A DNA stretch of 63,179 nucleotides, filler included, from Octopus bimaculoides (GCF_001194135.2; 6 parts of 6 records of this genome joined end to end with filler, not necessarily neighbours in it), one strand, 5' to 3'; counted from the first letter of the whole stretch, positions 39,372 to 53,880 are shown. Notes: generated by a model from the letters alone, not told the origin. Numbers and translations are program-made.

Positions 39372-40442
39372 TAGTGTAAGACTGGGGCTGTGATATGTAT
39401 ATGTTTAACTATGTAAGTACGAAAGAATATATATTTAATCTGTATTTAATATGTGGACAACTAATCTGAAACGTCTGCCATCCTATACACGATTGTCGAA
39501 TTGCTATAATATTTAGTGGAGCGTTGTCAAATAAGAAGCAAATGAATAACATATNNNNNNNNNNNNNNNNNNNNNNNNNNNNNNNNNNNNNNNNNNNNNN
39601 NNNNNNNNNNNNNNNNNNNNNNNNNNNNNNNNNNNNNNNNNNNNNNNNNNNNNNNNNNNNNNNNNNNNNNNNNNNNNNNNNNNNNNNNNNNNNNNNNNNN
39701 NNNNNNNNNNNNNNNNNNNNNNNNNNNNNNNNNNNNNNNNNNNNNNNNNNNNNNNNNNNNNNNNNNNNNNNNNNNNNNNNNNNNNNNNNNNNNNNNNNNN
39801 NNNNNNNNNNNNNNNNNNNNNNNNNNNNNNNNNNNNNNNNNNNNNNNNNNNNNNNNNNNNNNNNNNNNNNNNNNNNNNNNNNNNNNNNNNNNNNNNNNNN
39901 NNNNNNNNNNNNNNNNNNNNNNNNNNNNNNNNNNNNNNNNNNNNNNNNNNNNNNNNNNNNNNNNNNNNNNNNNNNNNNNNNNNNNNNNNNNNNNNNNNNN
40001 NNNNNNNNNNNNNNNNNNNNNNNNNNNNNNNNNNNNNNNNNNNNNNNNNNNNNNNNNNNNNNNNNNNNGAGAGAAAGGGAAAGGCAGAGAGAAAGATCGC
40101 AACTGAGGTTTCAGCCCGTTTCTTTCTCTCTCGCTGTGTCTTTCTATATATATATATATGCTTATACAAGCAGACAATTATATGGAATGAGACAAAATGA
40201 TCCACATATAAAAACCGCATAAATTTACACTTTCATACATACATACATACATACATACATACATGCATACATACATGCATACATATATACATACGTACAT
40301 ATGTACATACATATGTACACATATATACAAACAGACTAACGCACAGAGAAGCATTCTCATCCGCATATATCTACAGGTACATATAATCACACATATAAAC
40401 ATATATATATGATATAACATACATACCTACATACATACATAC

Positions 40443-40481
<39 letters not shown>

Positions 40482-41145
40482 NNNNNNNNNNNNNNNNNNN
40501 NNNNNNNNNNNNNNNNNNNNNNNNNNNNNNNNNNNNNNNNNNNNNNNNNNNNNNNNNNNNNNNNNNNNNNNNNNNNNNNNNNNNNNNNNNNNNNNNNNNN
40601 NNNNNNNNNNNNNNNNNNATATACACACACAAACACATATATGAAGACAAACCAGTGGTGTATATGTATACCATAAGAGGATTACAAAGACTGAATGACG
40701 GCAGAGAATGAAGATTACGAAATATCCGTTGTCAAAGTTCAGTAGAATCTACGGATTATGTAGTTAATACGGCTTTCATTGTTGTATACTAAACAAACAG
40801 CTAGGCAAGATGTCATGAATTAATGTCACACTCGGACTACTGGTGCCGGACACGAACGTCGATTTATAGCACCATGCGAACGTGTAATATTATTGCAAAG
40901 AGTTTGTCTTTCCTAGATACTGGGTTTCGAATTGAGCAGGGATTTTATTTCATGTATTACGTATTTATGCGGCTGATGGTTCTTTGTAAATCAGTTTTAT
41001 CATAGATCTTGAATATGTATCAATGGCTGTTATTCTGATCGGCCAAGGAATGTTTCAATCTTTCCCGCAGCTTAGCACGGTCAGTATACGAAAAAGTGCA
41101 CCAAGCGAATTCCTATTTCAGTGATGATATCTATCTATCTATCTA

Positions 41146-41201
<56 letters not shown>

Positions 41202-42290
41202 NNNNNNNNNNNNNNNNNNNNNNNNNNNNNNNNNNNNNNNNNNNNNNNNNNNNNNNNNNNNNNNNNNNNNNNNNNNNNNNNNNNNNNNNNNNNNNNNNNN
41301 NNNNNNNNNNNNNNNNNNNNNNNNNNNNNNNNNNNNNNNNNNNNNNNNNNNNNNNNNNNNNNNNNNNNNNNNNNNNNNNNNNNNNNNNNNNNNNNNNNNN
41401 NNNNNNNNNNNNNNNNNNNNNNNNNNNNNNNNNNNNNNNNNNNNNNNNNNNNNNNNNNNNNNNNNNNNNNNNNNNNNNNNNNNNNNNNNNNNNNNNNNNN
41501 NNNNNNNNNNNNNNNNNNNNNNNNNNNNNNNNNNNNNNNNNNNNNNNNNNNNNNNNNNNNNNNNNNNNNNNNNNNNNNNNNNNNNNNNNNNNNNNNNNNN
41601 NNNNNNNNNNNNNNNNNNNNNNNNNNNNNNNNNNNNNNNNNNNNNNNNNNNNNNNNNNNNNNNNNNNNNNNNNNNNNNNNNNNNNNNNNNNNNNNNNNNN
41701 NNNNNNNNNNNNNNNNNNNNNNNNNNNNNNNNNNNNNNNNNNNNNNNNNNNNNNNNNNNNNNNNNNNNNNNNNNNNNNNNNNNNNNNNNNNNNNNNNNNN
41801 TATATATATATCAGCAAGACCACAGCTTTAGGGCTGAAACGTATAAAAGAATAAAACAATATATCAATATCTATACGTACGCACACACACAAATACACAC
41901 ACACATACACGCGCACAAGCGTATATATGTATATATGTATATATGTATATACATATCTCCCTGTGTCTGTATACACACACACACGCATACACACACATAC
42001 ACTTATATATACGAAGAAAGTGGGAGAGATACATAGATAAATAGACAGATATTTGAACGCATAAATGTTTTATAAACTTTCAAGTGAAAGTGATATTATT
42101 CATATTTTGAACATCGTCTCTTGAGGCACTTCGCATATACATAATAGCATGTAAATAATTGATTGAATTAAAAAAATAATTCTCTTCCAAATGATTTTTT
42201 TTCGGCCTAATATTCGTATTCTATTATTCATAGATTTTTTGATATGCCTCAAGAGCCAATATTTTCATATTTGTCCCCCGCCACAAACAT

Positions 42291-42327
<37 letters not shown>

Positions 42328-42356
42328 TACATATGTATACATACCCCCCACATATA

Positions 42357-42556
42357 CTCTTTTACTCTCTTTTTACTCTTTTAGTTGTTTCAGTCATTTG
42401 ACTACGGCCATGCAAATCGACCCCAGGACTTATTCTTTGTAAGCCTAGTATTTACTTATTCTATAGGTCTCTTTGGCCGAACCGCTAAGTTACAGAGACG
42501 TAAACACACCAACATCGGTTGTCAGGCGATGTTGGGGGGCACAAACAGACACACAC
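42357..42556 (-). mobile_element. SINE family B 3' half with an internal deletion
   Basis: Reverse complement of the 37460-37616 segment, lacking the TGGAGCACCGCCTTTAGTCGAGC stretch. Confidence 0.8.
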
Positions 42557-42557
42557 G

Positions 42558-42616
<59 letters not shown>

Positions 42617-42805
42617 NNNNNNNNNNNNNNNNNNNNNNNNNNNNNNNNNNNNNNNNNNNNTTAATTAATTAANNNNNNNNNNNNNNNNNNNNNNNNNNNN
42701 NNNNNNNNNNNNNNNNTGGTCTTCCAACAGCTAAATGCCTGTTGAAAAGAACTTCGAAATTCCAAAGTTCAAAAATAGCTGAATATGTACTTCTACTGAA
42801 ATTAA

Positions 42806-42926
42806 GCCAGTGTAAAGCTGGATTGCTGCCGGAGTGAAGCTGGAGTGAAGTTGAAATGGAGCTGGAGTGAAACTGGTGTGAAGTTGCAGTGTAGGTGGAA
42901 TGAAACCGGAGTAAACCTGGAGTAAA
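42806..42926. repeat. 11-bp minisatellite, 11 degenerate units (consensus GCTGGAGTGAA)
   Basis: Units stay in exact 11-bp register across the interval. Confidence 0.85.
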
Positions 42927-43327
42927 TCCAGCACGACATATTAGTTTGTAAATAAAGAAAGTGAAATTATTTTCGTTGTGATCTATTTTAGTCACGTAAA
43001 CCGTGGACTGTTAATTTGATGATCACCGCTCAATAGGAGACGAATGGTTGATAATTGTTTGGCTTCTGATCAGTTGAATGTGTGTCAAGGATAGACAGGA
43101 ATACAGAAGCATATTGTAGGAAACATATACACACAAACACAACACAAACAAAAACACACACACACACACACGCACACAAATACACACACACACGTACAAA
43201 GATCTACATATATGCAAAAAATGTTGTAAACGCAGGCATAGCATGTACAGTCACAAATATATAATTATATACGTATATATGTACATATATATAGATGGAT
43301 AGGTAAGTATATATCTCTCTTTGTGTG

Positions 43328-43358
<31 letters not shown>

Positions 43359-45779
43359 ATATATATATATTTATATATATATATATATGCATATGCATNN
43401 NNNNNNNNNNNNNNNNNNNNNNNNNNNNNNNNNNNNNNNNNNNNNNNNNNNNNNNNNNNNNNNNNNNNNNNNNNNNNNNNNNNNNNNNNNNNNNNNNNNN
43501 NNNNNNNNNNNNNNNNNNNNNNNNNNNNNNNNNNNNNNNNNNNNNNNNNNNNNNNNNNNNNNNNNNNNNNNNNNNNNNNNNNNNNNNNNNNNNNNNNNNN
43601 NNNNNNNNNNNNNNNNNNNNNNNNNNNNNNNNNNNNNNNNNNNNNNNNNNNNNNNNNNNNNNNNNNNNNNNNNNNNNNNNNNNNNNNNNNNNNNNNNNNN
43701 NNNNNNNNNNNNNNNNNNNNNNNNNNNNNNNNNNNNNNNNNNNNNNNNNNNNNNNNNNNNNNNNNNNNNNNNNNNNNNNNNNNNNNNNNNNNNNNNNNNN
43801 NNNNNNNNNNNNNNNNNNNNNNNNNNNNNNNNNNNNNNNNNNNNNNNNNNNNNNNNNNNNNNNNNNNNNNNNNNNNNNNNNNNNNNNNNNNNNNNNNNNN
43901 NNNNNNNNNNNNNNNNNNNNNNNNNNNNNNNNNNNNNNNNNNNNNNNNNNNNNNNNNNNNNNNNNNNNNNNNNNNNNNNNNNNNNNNNNNNNNNNNNNNN
44001 NNNNNNNNNNNNNNNNNNNNNNNNNNNNNNNNNNNNNNNNNNNNNNNNNNNNNNNNNNNNNNNNNNNNNNNNNNNNNNNNNNNNNNNNNNNNNNNNNNNN
44101 NNNNNNNNNNNNNNNNNNNNNNNNNNNNNNNNNNNNNNNNNNNNNNNNNNNNNNNNNNNNNNNNNNNNNNNNNNNNNNNNNNNNNNNNNNNNNNNNNNNN
44201 NNNNNNNNNNNNNNNNNNNNNNNNNNNNNNNNNNNNNNNNNNNNNNNNNNNNNNNNNNNNNNNNNNNATATAATGGAGAAATTATAGATAATGTATAAAT
44301 AGATGATGAGTAAAATACCGGCACAGTTTCGATTGCTTGTTGTTATCCGTAGATTTATTGCAAGAATTACGTAGTGGTGGTTGGGGTAACAGTATGAATA
44401 AAATAGATGGAATGAGTAAAAGATTTTATTGGGTACGACACATGTTTCGACTCGTTCTGGGTCCCTTCGGGTACATCAATAAAAGAGTCTCACTAGGGAT
44501 TTTCTGAGTCGGCTTCCGTACCGCTATATGTCCATCAAGTTAGAGAATGAGTAAAAAGGCAAAAGATTACTGAAACGTAAAAAATTCAAATATGAACGTG
44601 AAAATTATATATTCTAGTTTAGAGAAAATGACGTAATCAACTTTCGCCGTTGTAACTGTTAAGACAAAGAAAAAGGAAGTAGAAGTTGAAAGGAAAATAA
44701 TACTCGAACGAAAATGTTTGTGTGTTCGTGCTTAGACGCACATATACATACACAGACACATACGCACTCACACACGCACATCCAAGTATATGGGCATATA
44801 CATATAACTAGATACACGTGCATACGCACACGTATATATATATATATGTATGTCCTTACAGATATATATTACATGTTAGGTTCACCGAAGTGGGAGTTAG
44901 ATGCTCTATCATTTGGAATGCAAAAGTGCACAACTATTAGAACCGTTGCCTATACACATATATATGCGCGTGTATATATACACTTTCTCACACGCACATA
45001 TCTATATATATAGATGCATGTACACATATTTACATACATAATCTTCTCAACCGACGCCCACGCACTAATTTTTTTATTATTCAACGATAACAAATTGATT
45101 GATTCGTTCTAAGTACTTGGAAAAGTATGTATAAGTAAAATAATGACAATAAAAGCAAAACATATTTTAATTAAGTTGATAATTAACATAAAACTTATCC
45201 CTGATTACCCTCCTAACACATCAACCAAATATCCTATTTTCAGTTTAACTATTTTTAAATATCTTGCTGGCCTCAGCAATAATTCTATAACTACTACTGC
45301 AACGTAATGAATTTAGAAATCCACCTATTCATCCATTTCTCTTCCTCCTATTCGTGGGTTTTTGGAGTAGGCCCTACGAGTATCTTCTCCATAGTGTCCC
45401 ATCAGAAAACCGAGTGGATAATGAAGGGTGACCAACTGAGTCTCTTGATACTGCTCGAATTTCGGCAGAAGGCTATCAATTTCGAAGTAGGCTGTCAGTT
45501 GATTACACCGACCTAAATCTTCAACTGGTACTTATTTGCCGCTAAGCCTTTCGTGCAGCGTCTCAACGACTCTACCAACTCGCCGCCTTGATAATAATAA
45601 TGATTTAAAATTGCAGGATAAGGCCATCAACATAGCCATAGCGATTAAGTCCCCAGTTGACCCCATTTTTCAGCTGAAACATATTTACTGCTAAGCGTTT
45701 CGTCTGGCAAAGTCGTGCTTCATTGAATCCGGACGAAATGACGCTACGATGAAGAATGTTACAGACGGTGGGAGCAAAT

Positions 45780-46310
45780 CGAGCCTCGGGTGTGCACCTT
45801 TGTTATATGATAGAATTTTCATATATGATCCTGATTTCGAGGTTTAGCCCTAGGCCATCCAACCTACTTGACCAGTTGCTTAACATCAGATCAGTAATTA
45901 AAGATGAACGTCCATACATAACATTCTTGTTACTGTTGTTACGTTTGTTCTTTACATCCGGAGTACAAATCAGCTCTAATCTTATATACCTGCTGATCTT
46001 CACATTGTTTAACCACAGGCAGTCGTTTAAGTAGAAAAAAACCTAATGTTGGCTTTTATATTTTCAATATCAAGTCAAAGGTCAAATCTGATCGACCGAA
46101 GCTAATATCGTTGCTGCTATTGTTTTCGGGGTTGATGTTGTTTCCGCTCAGGCCACAGATCACGATGATCAATTGTGCCGACTCATGTTAGTGTTACGTA
46201 GCTCCAGGTCAATACTGAATTGACATGTCTATATACCTATACATCCCATACTTGATCAACATGTATTGATTTCCATTTACAACATAACCAGGATCACATA
46301 ACCTTTTACT
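45780..46310 (-). mobile_element. Highly decayed RTE-like LINE remnant
   Basis: Weak antisense similarity (ISFGR..., LMLSNWSSRLDG resembling L.WxGHVxRM). Confidence 0.35.
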
Positions 46311-46788
46311 AAAAAAATCGATATGGTATTGTATGGACTCGCAAACATAACAGACCTGGTGTCAGATGTTGTTATTTCAGTGAAATACTGTGCGGGATTG
46401 ACAAATCAGTGGAATACCGAGATTTAGTTAAATCCTTTTTTACGGCTGAGTTCAAATCCCACGAGATCAACTTTACCTTTTGTTCGTTCGCGGTCGATAG
46501 AATATAGAATAAATTACTATTCAAGATGCGAGAAAGAAGCCGGTGGAATAATCTAACAGTTTCATTTAACAGTTTCGACACGTTAAATAATCTAACAGTT
46601 TCGACACGTGTATAAACCACAAAACCAATAAATATATTTCGTTTTATATAATTAATTAAAAAAAAAGATATCTACTAATTTCTTCATGGTAATTATCATT
46701 GAAGACAAATACAGGATCTATGATAATGTGTGTGTGTTTGTGTGTGTGTGTGTGTGACTGTTGGGATTAATCTATATATAATTATGTT

Positions 46789-48166
46789 AGTGACTTTATT
46801 TTCTTTATCCATATGCTACCGATTGTGCTTCGTATCTTCGTTAGAAATCAACCACGTTCCTTAAAGGTGGAGAAAGAGATGTTGACCAGAAATCAATTAA
46901 TCCGGGCGGAATCTGCTAATACGATCTAAGCAGCTAGGATTAATGCTCCACATATAATTTGTTTGCGTATGTTTTTTTAAAAATCTATCTCCTTGCAATC
47001 AGAAAATATTTCGTACGAACTTAAACAAAATTGCAAGGTAATGCGATCAGCTTATAAAACATGATATATCTTCAGTTAAGTATGTTAATGAAGAAAAGAG
47101 TTAGGATGGCAACAGACGGAATATACTAGGTTCATTACACACACACACATATATATATTTATATATATATATATATATATACATATATATNNNNNNNNNN
47201 NNNNNNNNNNNNNNNNNNNNNNNNNNNNNNNNNNNNNNNNNNNNNNNNNNNNNNNNNNNNNNNNNNNNNNNNNNNNNNNNNNNNNNNNNNNNNNNNNNNN
47301 NNNNNNNNNNNNNNNNNNNNNNNNNNNNNNNNNNNNNNNNNNNNNNNNNNNNNNNNNNNNNNNNNNNNNNNNNNNNNNNNNNNNNNNNNNNNNNNNNNNN
47401 NNNNNNNNNNNNNNNNNNNNNNNNNNNNNNNNNNNNNNNNNNNNNNNNNNNNNNNNNNNNNNNNNNNNNNNNNNNNNNNNNNNNNNNNNNNNNNNNNNNN
47501 NNNNNNNNNNNNNNNNNNNNNNNNNNNNNNNNNNNNNNNNNNNNNNNNNNNNNNNNNNNNNNNNNNNNNNNNNNNNNNNNNNNNNNNNNNNNNNNNNNNN
47601 NNNNNNNNNNNNNNNNNNNNNNNNNNNNNNNNNNNNNNNNNNNNNNNNNNNNNNNNNNNNNNNNNNNNNNNNNNNNNNNNNNNNNNNNNNNNNNNNNNNN
47701 NNNNNNNNNNNNNNNNNGAACGTATATCCACAATAACTGCATAAAATCACGTCTCTGCAAGTTTGTGTGCGTATCTGTGTTGTGTTTATTTCTTCACGAT
47801 AAAATAAAACCCCGACGCACTCTTACGAGTAGAAAGAGATAATTCCCATCTACTATTATTTCGGATAACATCGTCTGTTTAGTCTCGACGTATTTCTGAG
47901 TCATTTCTGTGTTTATTGGGACACACATATCATAAAAAATATTTTACGATAGCAGCTTATCAAAACTGTTGTTTCTATTTGATTTAATGATAATATACCG
48001 CGTCTTGGCTTCCATATAAACCGGTGCATGTCATAGCTTCTATGTAAGTATGAATGGCCGGTTGTGTTTTTCTGAACATTTTCTCCACCTTTAAGGAAGG
48101 TGGTTGATATCTAACGAAGATACGAAGCACCATCAGTAGTATATGGAGAAAGAAAATAACGTCACT
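46789..48166. repeat. 87-bp inverted repeat pair (46789-46875 / 48080-48166)
   Basis: 80/87 identical by manual alignment. Confidence 0.8.
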
Positions 48167-50323
48167 TGTTGAACTTTAGAAAAGACTGTTCTACTTATTA
48201 GATATATATATATATATATANNNNNNNNNNNNNNNNNNNNNNNNNNNNNNNNNNNNNNNNNNNNNNNNNNNNNNNNNNNNNNNNNNNNNNNNNNNNNNNN
48301 NNNNNNNNNNNNNNNNNNNNNNNNNNNNNNNNNNNNNNNNNNNNNNNNNNNNNNNNNNNNNNNNNNNNNNNNNNNNNNNNNNNNNNNNNNNNNNNNNNNN
48401 NNNNNNNNNNNNNNNNNNNNNNNNNNNNNNNNNNNNNNNNNNNNNNNNNNNNNNNNNNNNNNNNNNNNNNNNNNNNNNNNNNNNNNNNNNNNNNNNNNNN
48501 NNNNNNNNNNNNNNNNNNNNNNNNNNNNNNNNNNNNNNNNNNNNNNNNNNNNNNNNNNNNNNNNNNNNNNNNNNNNNNNNNNNNNNNNNNNNNNNNNNNN
48601 NNNNNNNNNNNNNNNNNNNNNNNNNNNNNNNNNNNNNNNNNNNNNNNNNNNNNNNNNNNNNNNNNNNNNNNNNNNNNNNNNNNNNNNNNNNNNNNNNNNN
48701 NNNNNNNNNNNNNNNNNNNNNNNNNNNNNNNNNNNNNNNNNNNNNNNNNNNNNNNNNNNNNNNNNNNNNNNNNNNNNNNNNNNNNNNNNNNNNNNNNNNN
48801 NNNNNNNNNNNNNNNNNNNNNNNNNNNNNNNNNNNNNNNNNNNNNNNNNNNNNNNNNNNNNNNNNNNNNNNNNNNNNNNNNNNNNNNNNNNNNNNNNNNN
48901 NNNNNNNNNNNNATCGCGACCTGTTCACTGACAAAATTAAATTAAAATGTTGAAGTGAGTCTAAGAATCTCCAGACGTTTTTGTGTGTTTTAAAATGGCT
49001 TATAAACACTTGTGTGTGTGAGTGTATCTATAGCTGTATAGAAGTGTAAGCCGGCACACAACTGATATCAGATTAAATTATGATGTATATGTGTCCCTGT
49101 TTCAAGGACATAGAGGCAGTTCCTGCGGGTCTCTGCGAGCTGCCCGTAGCTAGCTTTCAGTGACAATATGTTTCATCTTCGTAGTAATCAAATGATCATG
49201 AGTTCATGAAACTGCCGTAGGGATTACCTCCAAATATTCCTTCTTAGCTTCTTCTATCTTTGCGTTTTTGCTGCAATGACTAGTCTTAAGCTACAATCTA
49301 ACATCAATAATGTTCTGAAAGTATATTAGAAGCATTATGAACATACCACTACTGAATATTTGGTGATCACATGTGATCTAAACTTCTGAACCTTGTTTCC
49401 TTCATTGAAGCTGTATAAACATGCAAATATATGGCATAATTTGAGCTGATACTAGTTGATTGTCTCTACCTTTTGTTCTATAATACAGGTTTCATTGAAG
49501 CTCAAGCTGGAGATAAAATAACAAGTCAACTGGTTGTTGGCACCTATTTTCCTATGTAGACATAAATATTACCAGAATCGTATATACATTTATATATCAA
49601 TATGCGTGTGTGTGTTTCTCTGTCTGTGTAATTCTGTGTTTCTGTGTGTGTATGTATATATGTAGATGAACATATATATGATTTATACACATATATACGT
49701 ATATATATATACCTATATATGTACACATATCTGTATATTAATATGTTTATATGTGTATTTGTTTATACATATAAATATATATATATGTATGTGAGTGTTG
49801 TGTGTATAAATATATCACATATATACAGACATTAGTCCGTATCATTAAGTCATACAGGGTTGAGAGAACGTGCTATTAAAAATACACGAGCGAGCGAGGA
49901 ATAATTCTTTTGACGTTAATTATAAACACGCACACACATATCTGTATATATATATATATAAACATTTGTCTGTGTATATATAAATGCACATACATATGCG
50001 TGTGTTTGCGTGTCTGTATGTATATAAATCGACAAGTGTGTGTTTGTGTCTATATATATGTGTATACATACACGTATATATTTATATACGCATGTATATA
50101 TGTAATATACGTGTATTACGTATGTATAGTAATCTCAGAGACAGAATTAGTGAGAGTGAGAGGGGTAGAGCGGTGGCGAAGAAAAATCTGTCAGCAAAAT
50201 AAAATACGATAGAAATATGTGAAAAAGTATATATTGCTAAGATGATGGATTGACGTTTAATGGAGAGACTGACAGATAGCCTGAAAGACTGAAACACGAA
50301 AACAGACATACACACAAGAAATC

Positions 50324-50363
<40 letters not shown>

Positions 50364-51313
50364 NNNNNNNNNNNNNNNNNNNNNNNNNNNNNNNNNNNNN
50401 NNNNNNNNNNNNNNNNNNNNNNNNNNNNNNNNNNNNNNNNNNNNNNNNNNNNNNNNNNNNNNNNNNNNNNNNNNNNNNNNNNNNNNNNNNNNNNNNNNNN
50501 NNNNNNNNNNNNNNNNNNNNNNNNNNNNNNNNNNNNNNNNNNNNNNNNNNNNNNNNNNNNNNNNNNNNNNNNNNNNNNNNNNNNNNNNNNNNNNNNNNNN
50601 NNNNNNNNNNNNNNNNNNNNNNNNNNNNNNNNNNNNNNNNNNNNNNNNNNNNNNNNNNNNNNNNNNNNNNNNNNNNNNNNNNNNNNNNNNNNNNNNNNNN
50701 NNNNNNNNNNNNNNNNNNNNNNNNNNNNNNNNNNNNNNNNNNNNNNNNNNNNNNNNNNNNNNNNNNNNNNNNNNNNNNNNNNNNNNNNNNNNNNNNNNNN
50801 NNNNNNNNNNNNNNNNNNNNNNNNNNNNNNNNNNNNNNNNNNNNNNNNNNNNNNNNNNNNNNNNNNNNNNNNNNNNNNNNNNNNNNNNNNNNNNNNNNNN
50901 NNNNNNNNNNNNNNNNNNNNNNNNNNNNNNNNNNNNNNNNNNNNNNNNNNNNNNNNNNNNNNNNNNNNNNNNNNNNNNNNNNNNNNNNNNNNNNNNNNNN
51001 NNNNNNNNNNNNNNNNNNNNNNNNNNNNNNNNNNNNNNNNNNNNNNNNNNNNNNNNNNNNNNNNNNNNNNNNNNNNNNNNNNNNNNNNNNNNNNNNNNNN
51101 NNNNNNNNNNNNNNNNNNNNNNNNNNNNNNNNNNNNNNNNNNNNNNNNNNNNNNNNNNNNNNNNNNNNNNNNNNNNNNNNNNNNNNNNNNNNNNNNNNNN
51201 NNNNNNNGAGAAATAAAGCACCAGTGAAACATAGGTGTTGATGTAATCGACTTATCCCATCCTCTAAAATTTCAGGCCTTGTGCCTGTAGTAGAAAGGAT
51301 TATTATTATTATT

Positions 51314-51720
51314 TTATTGTCTTTATTTTTAATGTAATACAGTGTCATTTGTTCACTGCCAGTGAACCAAGGTAACACCTCTTATTTTTCGAGCACCATC
51401 CGGAGTATTCGAGCGCTTTCAAGCAGTGCTGTTTTCTGCAAGTGCTCCACCCTTATTACAGCCCCTATTTGTTCCATGTACTTCTCAAGATTTTTACTCT
51501 CTGTTCCCAGGTCTCCCACAATTAGTGTTACCGCTGTCACCTTTTCCAACGACCACAACAGGTTAACCTCCCAAAATGACTTGTCATTAATATCAATATT
51601 TCTTTCATCTCTATCGCATACCTTCTTGTCAGCTGGGCATGCTATATCTATGATCCAGCATAGTTTGCTTTCTTTCCCAATTAACACTAAGTCTGGCTTC
51701 CTATTTTCTATCTAATGGTC
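51314..51720 (-). mobile_element. R4/Dong-like LINE 3' end (restriction-like endonuclease)
   Basis: CWIIDIACPAD...LIVGDLGT...LQKTALLESARILRMVLEK-stop, then a short 3' UTR ending in (TAA)n. Confidence 0.8.
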
Positions 51721-52205
51721 GCACTGAATCATGAAATCATATAGGATCTTTGCGTTGTCATTTTCGATGATGCCTTCGGGTTAGATGCCGTAAGAAACTT
51801 TTGCTGATCTGACACTTTGATTATCACTTGCCAATACGTACAAGCATAACTTGAATATAGTGGGATTTGAACGTTGATCGTCGATATCAAAAATATATAT
51901 TTTTTTTATCGGAAATCACACTATTCGACGATCTATCGTCGCCGCGAAATGACTGCAGTATTTGTCAATCAATGTTTATGTATACATGAATGTCTGTATG
52001 TATATGAGTTCTATGTGCCTGTCTCGCTTTCTTTGTCGTCTATACGTACGTATATATACGTATATATGTATGCCTATACGTATATATATATATATATATA
52101 TATATNNNNNNNNNNNNNNNNNNNNNNNNNNNNNNNNNNNNNNNNNNNNTTAATTAATTAANNNNNNNNNNNNNNNNNNNNNNNNNNNNNNNNNNNNNNN
52201 NNNNN

Positions 52206-52237
<32 letters not shown>

Positions 52238-52939
52238 GGTATCTATTCATTTATATATATATGTGCGTGTATGTATATATAAACATATATTTGTATGTAT
52301 GTATGTATGTATGTATGTATGTATGTATGTATGCGTATTGGTCGTGTCATTTGATTAAGCTGCAGCTGTCCAAAAATCTTTATGTAACTATAGAAATAGT
52401 TTTGTGCTTCTAAGGACATGTGAACGGAGGTTTTAGTATGCAACAGCCGCCAGAACACCAACAACAACAAGAACAAGAAAAGACGAAGAATCAGAAGCAA
52501 CATTGTGCCAACAATTCAACTCTTCTTTTTACCTTCTTCCAAATGTGAGTTGCTACGTTAGCATAGTAAGAAGACGATTAGTAGTTGCCATAACTGTTGA
52601 CGTTGTTGTTCATGATAATGATGATTATGATGATGATGCTGTTGTTGTTGTTTTAGTTGTTGTTATTGTCTACTCTCAGGTCAGCACAGATCGAACTGAA
52701 CACTGATCAAACGGTTTCCTCATCACTCCGTGTTGTTGTTTTTAGCTTCCTACAGTGATTGTGTCCCTGGGAATTGCTTAAACCTTTCACTCCCTAATGG
52801 AACATTGACGATCGACGATTTTTTCTCCACTCTTCTCGATTCTGGATTGTCTTTTATTTACTTCTCCCCCTCGGATCGTCACTTTTTCAGCTCTACCTCA
52901 ATATCCTGCCCATAACTGTTTTTCAAGGCGTCCTCTCTT

Positions 52940-53034
52940 CCATCTTCCTCAAGGACACATGCGCTGCCAGGAATCGAACTCACGACCTTACGATCTTGAG
53001 CCAAATACCGCAACCCACAAGGCCACGCACCTTC
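52940..53034 (-). mobile_element. tRNA-like SINE head with CORE-like motif
   Basis: TGGCCTTGTGG (box A), GAGTTCGATTCC (box B), then TGTGTCCTTGAGGAAGA. Not a functional tRNA: no acceptor stem recognised. Confidence 0.65.
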
Positions 53035-53658
53035 ATAAATTATATCCAGCCGTTTTTTAAATAAATTGTTATATTGCATAATATATACCGAGATAGAATT
53101 TGTCTTAAAAAAGAAATGAATTAAATATAAAATAACCCAGACGATTGGCTGTTGAAAATGTCTGATCTTAGGATTATTGTGTCTAGTCGACATAGAGCTA
53201 CAGAAAAAAAATGGAGGACATTGTGGATAGTGTAGTTCTGTGAACTGAATCTCTGAGAAGAATGACAGACTAGTCGCAGCTGGAACGCCTTTGATTGTAG
53301 CTGCCCTCGAACTAAATAATAGGAATTAGATCAAAAAGAAAGACACAGAGATAGACAACGTCTGAAATTAAAGTAGCATAGTCATATATGGAACGCTTTT
53401 GATCACGAACCTGCTTGATCTGGGATGCCTCGGAGCTAAACAACTGCAACAATAACACGAAGGAAGACATATTGGATAATTTAGTTTTAGACATAATATG
53501 TTTGAAAGATGACAAGTTCGAGGAGACAGCATATATTTGTGCATGTGTGTGCTTGCGCGTGCGTATTTCTGTATAGATATATACATATATATAGATACAT
53601 ATTTACACATAAACATACATGCTTATATTCACATACATATATATATATATTTATATAT

Positions 53659-53711
<53 letters not shown>

Positions 53712-53836
53712 CATGTATGTATATATATACATATATACTTGCATATATATANNNNNNNNNNNNNNNNNNNNNNNNNNNNNNNNNNNNNNNNNNNNNNNNN
53801 NNNNNNNNNNNNNNNNNNNNNNNNNNNNNNNNNNNN

Positions 53837-53880
<44 letters not shown>

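Noticed and set aside
46549-46610. Short tandem duplications of AATAATCTAACAGTTTC / TAACAGTTTCGACACGT
   Set aside because: Simple slippage duplication; contains GAAAC on the minus strand but no hammerhead core.
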